12,293 nucleotides of DNA from Deltaproteobacteria bacterium (GTDB taxonomy: Bacteria; Myxococcota; Kuafuiibacteriia; Kuafuiibacteriales; Kuafuiibacteriaceae), in NCBI GenBank assembly GCA_040218735.1, contig JAVJQW010000051.1, positions 1 through 12,293 on the forward strand. Direction: 5' to 3'. The notes beneath the pieces are model-generated. The model worked only from the letters and a program-made list of their open reading frames with translations, had not been told where the DNA came from and made no database searches. Positions 6,635 through 12,293 of this stretch are shown in pieces (position 1 is the stretch's first letter; each line of letters begins with the position of its first letter). Both the position numbers and the translations under genes were made by a program.

Positions 6635-7428
6635 TTCGCAAGTTCGGCCTGGTGGCGGCGGCGGAAGCGCTGCCGAAAGAGATTCCTCCGTTTCCTGTGC
6701 CCGACACCGAGTACGTCCGGCTCAGCGTCGGTCGTCGCTGCTTGAAGCCGCAGGAGATCGTCATCGACTGGCGGCTGTTCGAGACGATGCTGTCGCTCAG
6801 CGCCGGCGTGGTCTGGGTGATCGAAGGCCCCAAGTCGCGTGCGGAATTCGATCAGTGCCGGTTGCTGACGGTGTCCGTCGGACCGAAGGGCGACGAAGGC
6901 GGCAGCTGGGACGCTCGGCCGTTGCCGCGGTTTCCGAGCGCGCGGTCGAAGCTGGGCGAAGTCGTCGGTCGAATCTGGCGGCATGCGTTCAAGACGTACG
7001 CGGTCGGTGCGAACACGGGTCACGTGGACGGCTTCGAAGGGATCGAGCAGCGCGTGCTTCAGCGCGTGCGCCCTCGGACGTGGGGGGCGTTGTGGGAAGC
7101 GCTCTGTGTCGATGGGGAAGGGCATCGCATCCGGGCGCCGCAGTACGAGGCGCAACGGCTGTTGCTCCCGTTTTTGGTGGGCCTGACGGGGGCGATCACC
7201 GAGCGTCGCTCGGCGCGGTTTCGGCTGACGGACGGCCACGAATGGGAGCTGCCGCACGCGCAGTACGAGACGCTGCGCTACGCGCTCGAGCTGTTGTGCC
7301 CGATGGGCCTCGGCCCGAACACGCTCACCTTCGAAGGCGTCGAGCGGGCCCATCTCGACCGCTACGCGCCGACCGACGGCGGCGCGTGGCCCTCGCGCAT
7401 CTTCGTGAAGCGGGGGTGGTTCCGATGA
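6631..7428 (+). CDS. Hypothetical cytoplasmic protein A (265 aa), paralog of the next gene; possible degenerate VirB4-like domain
   Basis: ATGA overlaps at both ends, plausible globular composition (MIRKFGLVAAAEALPKE...), and shared sequence blocks with 7425..8189. Confidence 0.8.
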   Translation: MIRKFGLVAAAEALPKEIPPFPVPDTEYVRLSVGRRCLKPQEIVIDWRLFETMLSLSAGVVWVIEGPKSRAEFDQCRLLTVSVGPKGDEGGSWDARPLPRFPSARSKLGEVVGRIWRHAFKTYAVGANTGHVDGFEGIEQRVLQRVRPRTWGALWEALCVDGEGHRIRAPQYEAQRLLLPFLVGLTGAITERRSARFRLTDGHEWELPHAQYETLRYALELLCPMGLGPNTLTFEGVERAHLDRYAPTDGGAWPSRIFVKRGWFR

Positions 7429-8189
7429 TCGCCAGCCAGCACGGGACATCGTCGGTGTGGTTCGAGCGGGATGCGGAGCCCGACGAGGTCCTCGAGCGGG
7501 ACCTCGTCGAGCTGTCGTCCGCGGGGCGTCTTCAGGCGTGCGGTGAGATGGCGCTGCGTACAAAGCTCGCGCGACACGCCGGCTGCTTCTGGAAGATCGA
7601 TAGCTGGCGGACGCCGGTGATGCCGCTGCCGACCACGCTCGCGCAGCGGGTCGACATCAGGCCGCAGCAGCCGGACATCGTCGCGGAGAGCTGCGCGCAC
7701 GGCATGCCGGAGCCCACGTCGGCGGTGGGGCAGGTGGTGGGCCGGATGTGGCGTTGCGCGTTGCGCGCGTACGTCGTCGAGGGCGCGCCGCCGTGGCAGC
7801 TCGATGCGTTCGAGTCTCTGCTGGCGAGCTTCGCGTTCGCGCACGCGGCGTCGTCGTGGGGTGAGCTCGAGCGCAGCGTCCGCGCGCACTACGCGCACGA
7901 GCACGGGCTGTCGATGCGTGAGGCGAGCGCGCTCGATGCGTGCGTGCCCTTCTTGCGCGAGCTGACGGACGTCGTCGTGCAGCGTGGCTCGGCGCACATC
8001 GTGTTCGAGGGCTTCGACGATCCGAAGCTCCGAATGGCGGGCGTGCATGCACTCTGTCTCGCGCTGGAGTGGCTCCCTCGTATAGCGCTCGCGCCGGAAA
8101 CGGTGCTGCTCGAAGGGTGGGGCCCCGGCACGCCCCGAATCGACTGGCCACGCTCGGTGTCGTTCACGAGCGTGCGGAGGCTTTCGTGA
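7425..8189 (+). CDS. Hypothetical cytoplasmic protein B (254 aa), paralog of the previous gene
   Basis: ATG 7425 overlaps the previous stop (MIASQHGTSSVWFERD...); its own stop overlaps the virB4 start (TGATG). Confidence 0.8.
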   Translation: MIASQHGTSSVWFERDAEPDEVLERDLVELSSAGRLQACGEMALRTKLARHAGCFWKIDSWRTPVMPLPTTLAQRVDIRPQQPDIVAESCAHGMPEPTSAVGQVVGRMWRCALRAYVVEGAPPWQLDAFESLLASFAFAHAASSWGELERSVRAHYAHEHGLSMREASALDACVPFLRELTDVVVQRGSAHIVFEGFDDPKLRMAGVHALCLALEWLPRIALAPETVLLEGWGPGTPRIDWPRSVSFTSVRRLS

Positions 8190-10666
8190 TGGTCGCCGCG
8201 AAGTTGTTCGCGGCGCCGTCGCTGCTGCCGCTGTGGGACGTGCTCGACACCGGCGACATCGTCACGTCGCGCGGTCAGCTGCTCCGCGCGTACGCGCTCA
8301 CGGGTCTCGACTCGGAGCATCGTCCCGCCGCCGAGCTCGAAGCCGCGGCGGCGCAGCTGTACGCCGGTCACGGCGAGCTCGCGGACGGCGCGTTCTTGCA
8401 GTTCGTGGTCGAGGGGCACGACCGCTACGACGACGTGTTCGCCGCGTTCGATGCGGTGCCGCCGCCGGACGACCGCGTGCTGCGGCTTCAGCGCAAACGC
8501 CGCGTGGACTTCCTGCGGTCGAGTGGCCTTCGCCGCTTCGACACCACGCTCGTCGTCGGTCACGTCGAAGGCTTCACGCGCAGCGCGTTTCGACAGCTGT
8601 CGGAGCGCGAGGTCGAGGCGCGCCGCCACGCATCGCGCGAGGTTGGCCGTAGCGTGGTGGGCCTGCTCGAGCGCGCCGGCGTGCGCGCGCGTCTGCTCGG
8701 ACGCGAAGCGATCCTGCGGTCGCTGCATCGCGGCCTGAATCCGTCGCGTGACTTCGCGTGGGCGTGCGATCAGAGCGTCTTCGACGACGACGGCCGCATC
8801 CGTTGGCTGTCGTGCCGCGAGCGCCTCTTCGAGTCGGCGATCGAGGGCGACGTCGACCACGTCCGCTGCGGCGCGCGCTTTCATAAGGTGCTCGTCTTGC
8901 GCGGACTTCCGGACGCCACGCGGTTCACGTTGCCCGAGGCGCTCCTTCACCTGCCGGTCGCGTTTCGCGCGAGCGTCAATTTCATCGTGCCCGACCAGGC
9001 GCGGGCGGGGGCGGTGTTCGAGCAGCATCGTCGTCTCGCGCACGGCGCGACCGGTCGCGACAAGTACGTCGAGGACGCCGGCCGGGCAGGGCGGGTCCGT
9101 GAAGCGAACGCGCTCGCCGAGCTGCTCGCCGAGACGGGACAGAAGCTCGTGCAGGTGGGGATGCAGCTCGTCGTCAGCGGCGAGTCGCCCGAGCTCGTCC
9201 GCGACGAAGCCGAGCAGGCGATCGAGCATCTCAAGCGCTACGGGCTGACCTTCATCGAAGAGACGGCCCGCCACGACGTGGAGCTGCCGAAGACGCTGCC
9301 GGGCATGGCCGTCGCCTTCGACCGGCACAAGCTCGTCACGTCGAACAACGCCTTCGACTTGATGCCCGTCTTCGGCGGTCGGCACGGCGATCGCGATCCG
9401 GTCCTCCTCGTGAAGACGGCTCGCGAGGAGCTGTTCAGCTTCAACCCGGTCGAGCGCGCCCGTGACAACTGGAACGCGACCGTCTTCGGTGCGAGCGGCT
9501 CCGGCAAGAGCGTCACGATGAACATGCTCATCGCGACGGCGATGCTCGCGAACGTGACCCGCGGCCGCGTCATGGTCGTGGACTTCGCGGGCGAGACGAA
9601 GAGCTCGTACCTGCAGGTCGCGCGGCTGTTCGGGGGGCAGTTCGTTCCGGTCGTGAGCCGCGAAGCGGGCGTGGCGATCAATCCGTTCCCGCCGCCGGCA
9701 GTGGCCCTCGACGAAGCGGGGGCGCTCAAGAGCGAGCACCTCAACTTCCTCCTGGTCCTCACGGACCTGCTCCTCACGAACACCGGCGACGACATGGACG
9801 CGGCGCTGCACCGGCAGCTGCTGCAACGCGCGCTGCAGCGCTGCTACGAGGGGCGCACCACGCGCGACGGCGCGCCGACGTACGTCGACATGGCGAAGGT
9901 GCTCGAGGCGATGCGCGGTGCCTCGGACGTCGACCGGGATCGCCTCGAACGCATCCGCAGCCTGCTCGCCGGCTTCCTCGAGAGCCCGGACTCCCGGTTC
10001 TTCACGAAGCCTTCGAACGTCGTCGCCGATGCCTCGTTCGTGATCTTCGACCTCTTCGGCATCGACGGCCTCGCGCCGCAGACGCGCGAAGCGCTGGTCT
10101 TCTTGGTGACCGAATACGTGAAGCGGGTCGCGTTCGGAGAGGAGGGCATCAGGTACGTCGTCCTCGACGAGGTGGCGCAGCTCCTTCGGCGCCCCGAGAT
10201 GCGGCGGCTCGTCGACGAGCTGTACGCGACGGCGCGAAAGCACCGCACCTCGGTGTGGACCGTGACGCAGAACTACGGCTCGTACGTCGAAAGCGGCCTA
10301 CACGAGGTTGTGAAGCTCAACTCGACCACGCAGCTGTTCCTCAGCCACGCGAACGCCGCCGACGTCCGTGGCCGCGTGGCCGACGACTTCGACTTCAACG
10401 AACGCGAGCGGGTCCTGTTCGAACGGCTCGTCACGAAGAAGGGCGACTACTCCGAGGCGTTGATTCGCACCCAGTGCGTCAACGAGCTCGGCGACAAGGA
10501 GCCCGTCACGGCGCGCCTGAGGATCGAGCTGAGTCCCTTCGACTACCAGCTCGCAACGAGCGACGCCGCGGACCGCGAGCGACAGAAGAAGTGGATCGAA
10601 CAGAACCCGACCGCGCCCCTCGCGGCGGTCCTCGATGCGCTGGCGAGAAAGTGGGCGTCCGAATGA
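8189..10666 (+). CDS. virB4: VirB4/TraC-family T4SS ATPase (825 aa)
   Basis: Walker A NATVFGASGSGKS, VMVVD, INPF, Walker B YVVLDEV and ARKHRTSVWTVTQ. GGAGG at 8176-8180 supports ATG 8189 (or GTG 8186). Confidence 0.95.
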   Translation: MVAAKLFAAPSLLPLWDVLDTGDIVTSRGQLLRAYALTGLDSEHRPAAELEAAAAQLYAGHGELADGAFLQFVVEGHDRYDDVFAAFDAVPPPDDRVLRLQRKRRVDFLRSSGLRRFDTTLVVGHVEGFTRSAFRQLSEREVEARRHASREVGRSVVGLLERAGVRARLLGREAILRSLHRGLNPSRDFAWACDQSVFDDDGRIRWLSCRERLFESAIEGDVDHVRCGARFHKVLVLRGLPDATRFTLPEALLHLPVAFRASVNFIVPDQARAGAVFEQHRRLAHGATGRDKYVEDAGRAGRVREANALAELLAETGQKLVQVGMQLVVSGESPELVRDEAEQAIEHLKRYGLTFIEETARHDVELPKTLPGMAVAFDRHKLVTSNNAFDLMPVFGGRHGDRDPVLLVKTAREELFSFNPVERARDNWNATVFGASGSGKSVTMNMLIATAMLANVTRGRVMVVDFAGETKSSYLQVARLFGGQFVPVVSREAGVAINPFPPPAVALDEAGALKSEHLNFLLVLTDLLLTNTGDDMDAALHRQLLQRALQRCYEGRTTRDGAPTYVDMAKVLEAMRGASDVDRDRLERIRSLLAGFLESPDSRFFTKPSNVVADASFVIFDLFGIDGLAPQTREALVFLVTEYVKRVAFGEEGIRYVVLDEVAQLLRRPEMRRLVDELYATARKHRTSVWTVTQNYGSYVESGLHEVVKLNSTTQLFLSHANAADVRGRVADDFDFNERERVLFERLVTKKGDYSEALIRTQCVNELGDKEPVTARLRIELSPFDYQLATSDAADRERQKKWIEQNPTAPLAAVLDALARKWASE

Positions 10667-11643
10667 CTCGCCTTGACGAAGCGGCCTGCGTCTCGACGGT
10701 GCAGCGCACCGGCGAAGGGCAGAGCGGCACGGCGCATGGACAGACTCGCCGCACGAGCCAACCGATCCGACTCATCGGGGGAGCGATCCTTGCCGTGACC
10801 CTCGCGATCCCTCGGCCGGCCTACGCGCTGTTCGGGGAGGAGGATTGGATCTCCGGCCAGAACCAGACGCTCATGGCGTTGCTCTGGGAGGAGCTCGAGC
10901 ACACCACCCAGCTATCCACCCTGATCGCCAACGCGAAGTTCATGGTGGGCTCGGTCAACGAGCTGCTCGCGCTGGCGCGCACCGCGCGGCGCGTCTTCGA
11001 GGCGATCAAGAACTACGACCTCAAGACGCTCGAACGCGACGTCCTCCAGAGCCTTTACCGCGCGATCCCGGAGAGTCAGGAGCTCGCCCAAGAGATCGAC
11101 ACGCTCTACCGCGACGGCCGCGCGATCCACGAGGGCAAGTTCTGGACGCGCATCGGCGCCAAGGACGCGAAGGTCTCGTACCAGGCGAGGAAGCTCTGGG
11201 AGCACGGCTACAAAGCCACGCTGTGGCCGCTCGTCCTGCCGGGCGAGGGCCACCTGCGCCGCGGACCGAGCATCGTCGAGGCGAAGGTCGCGACGCGCTA
11301 CCAGGTGAGCGGTGACGAGGCGCGCCGCGCCTTCGAGCAGAGCGCGATCGCGATCCTCGCCGGCAAGGTGCAGGCGTTCGCGGCGGACGCGGAGCTCAAG
11401 GACCGCGTCGACCTCAAGCGCGAGGCGACCCGCGCGCAGCTCGAGCTTCAGCGCACCGCGGATGCCGCCGAGCTTCGTCGACTTCGCGAGCAGGCCGTCG
11501 CCGAGGACCAAAACGAGCGCGAGGCGCTCGAGTCCTTCCAGCGCCAGATGTCCGGCGGCCTTCGCGCCGGCGCCGAAGACCTCGTCGGTCCGCCTCGCTG
11601 GGCGGACCGCAAGCCCACGAGGAGGTCGGCATGGATCTGGTGA
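10663..11643 (+). CDS. Exported helical T4SS protein, VirB5/TrbJ-like by position
   Basis: ATGA overlap with virB4, signal-like LIGGAILAVTLAIPRPAYA|LF, coiled-coil-like body, located between virB4 and a VirB6-like gene. Start uncertain. Confidence 0.6.
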   Translation: MTRLDEAACVSTVQRTGEGQSGTAHGQTRRTSQPIRLIGGAILAVTLAIPRPAYALFGEEDWISGQNQTLMALLWEELEHTTQLSTLIANAKFMVGSVNELLALARTARRVFEAIKNYDLKTLERDVLQSLYRAIPESQELAQEIDTLYRDGRAIHEGKFWTRIGAKDAKVSYQARKLWEHGYKATLWPLVLPGEGHLRRGPSIVEAKVATRYQVSGDEARRAFEQSAIAILAGKVQAFAADAELKDRVDLKREATRAQLELQRTADAAELRRLREQAVAEDQNEREALESFQRQMSGGLRAGAEDLVGPPRWADRKPTRRSAWIW

Positions 11644-12293
11644 AGATCGACACCTCGATGCTCACGCCGTTCTTGGCGATGGGGCGCGCGATCTTGGGGC
11701 TCGCGTTCGCGCTGTGGATCTTGCGCGAGACGTTCGAGCTGGCGACCAAGGGCCGCTGCGACTTCGCGCGGCCGTTGATCCGGGTCGCGTTCGCCTACGC
11801 GCTCCTGTCGGCCCTGCCGACGATCGGTGCGTGGGCGGCGAGTGCCGCCGCCGAAGGCGGGACGACGATGTTCGCAGCGAACGAGTCGCGTCTGTTCGTC
11901 GCCGCCTACGAACACGCTGTACAAAACCAGATCGGTCCCGCCGCGGAGCCTGGGTCGACGATGGAGATCCTTGGCGCGGTCTCCAGCCTCTTCACGGTCC
12001 GCGGCCTCGTGAATCAGCTGTCGATGATCGTGTACCTCGGCATGCAGGCCAGCAAGCTGGTCGTGCTGCATGTCCTGTGGCCGGTCTGCCTGAGCCTTGT
12101 GGTCGTCGGCGGCACGATCGCCGTCCCGCTCGGCGCCATTCCGGGGAGCAAGGGCATCGAGGGGTGGATCAAGAACCTCGTCGAGGTGTCGCTGTGGCCG
12201 CTCGTCTTCAACGTGATCTTGTCGCTGATGGTCGCCTCGCTCGCGGGGCTCCTGCGGCAGGTGCAGACGATCGACTTTGCGACCCTCTTCGAT
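11631..12293 (+). CDS. VirB6/TrbL-like polytopic membrane protein, truncated at the right edge
   Basis: Not in the ORF track. GGAGG at 11621-11625 and ATG 11631, open for 221 codons (MDLVKIDTSMLTPFLAMGRAILGLAFALWIL...GTIAVPLGAIPGSKGIEGWIKNLVEVSLWPLVF). The late G.ia.pl..iP...gW segment is typical of VirB6-like proteins. Confidence 0.8.
   Translation, partial: MDLVKIDTSMLTPFLAMGRAILGLAFALWILRETFELATKGRCDFARPLIRVAFAYALLSALPTIGAWAASAAAEGGTTMFAANESRLFVAAYEHAVQNQIGPAAEPGSTMEILGAVSSLFTVRGLVNQLSMIVYLGMQASKLVVLHVLWPVCLSLVVVGGTIAVPLGAIPGSKGIEGWIKNLVEVSLWPLVFNVILSLMVASLAGLLRQVQTIDFATLFD

Noticed and set aside
6631-8189. Toxin-antitoxin pair or pseudogene fragments
   Set aside because: Both ORFs are intact, similar in size, mutually homologous and coupled on both sides, with no toxin or immunity motifs recognised.
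7889-10243. 784-aa minus-strand ORF
   Set aside because: Antisense shadow of virB4 with no recognisable motifs.
6188-10662. Extended ORF-track starts at 6188, 6478, 6855, 7940 and 10255
   Set aside because: The extensions run deep into upstream genes. Starts at 6311, 6631, 7425, 8189 and 10663 fit ribosome-binding sites or stop/start overlaps.

Overview
GC-rich segment of a conjugative plasmid backbone containing four adjacent modules. (1) Mobilisation, minus strand, left edge: a TrwB/TraD-type coupling protein (1..1017, truncated, absent from the ORF track), preceded by a TrwA-like ribbon-helix-helix (RHH) gene and a candidate MOBF-type oriT (nic about 1558/1559). (2) Partitioning: parA-parB followed by three 57-bp repeats carrying an 18-bp palindrome (candidate centromere). 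(3) Replication: a Rep initiator, AT-rich 9-mer repeats, six iterons, a ParG-like RHH gene and a phased inverted-repeat array. (4) A divergent, tightly packed type IV secretion operon: virB2, virB3, two unknown genes, virB4, virB5-like, virB6-like (truncated). The most unusual element is the pair of unknown genes between virB3 and virB4. They are clearly paralogous and follow the motif order of the VirB4 ATPase domain but lack Walker A/B, so they are candidate pseudo-ATPase subunits. The coupling protein also has an internally duplicated membrane region. All family calls come from motif recognition by eye; no searches were run.
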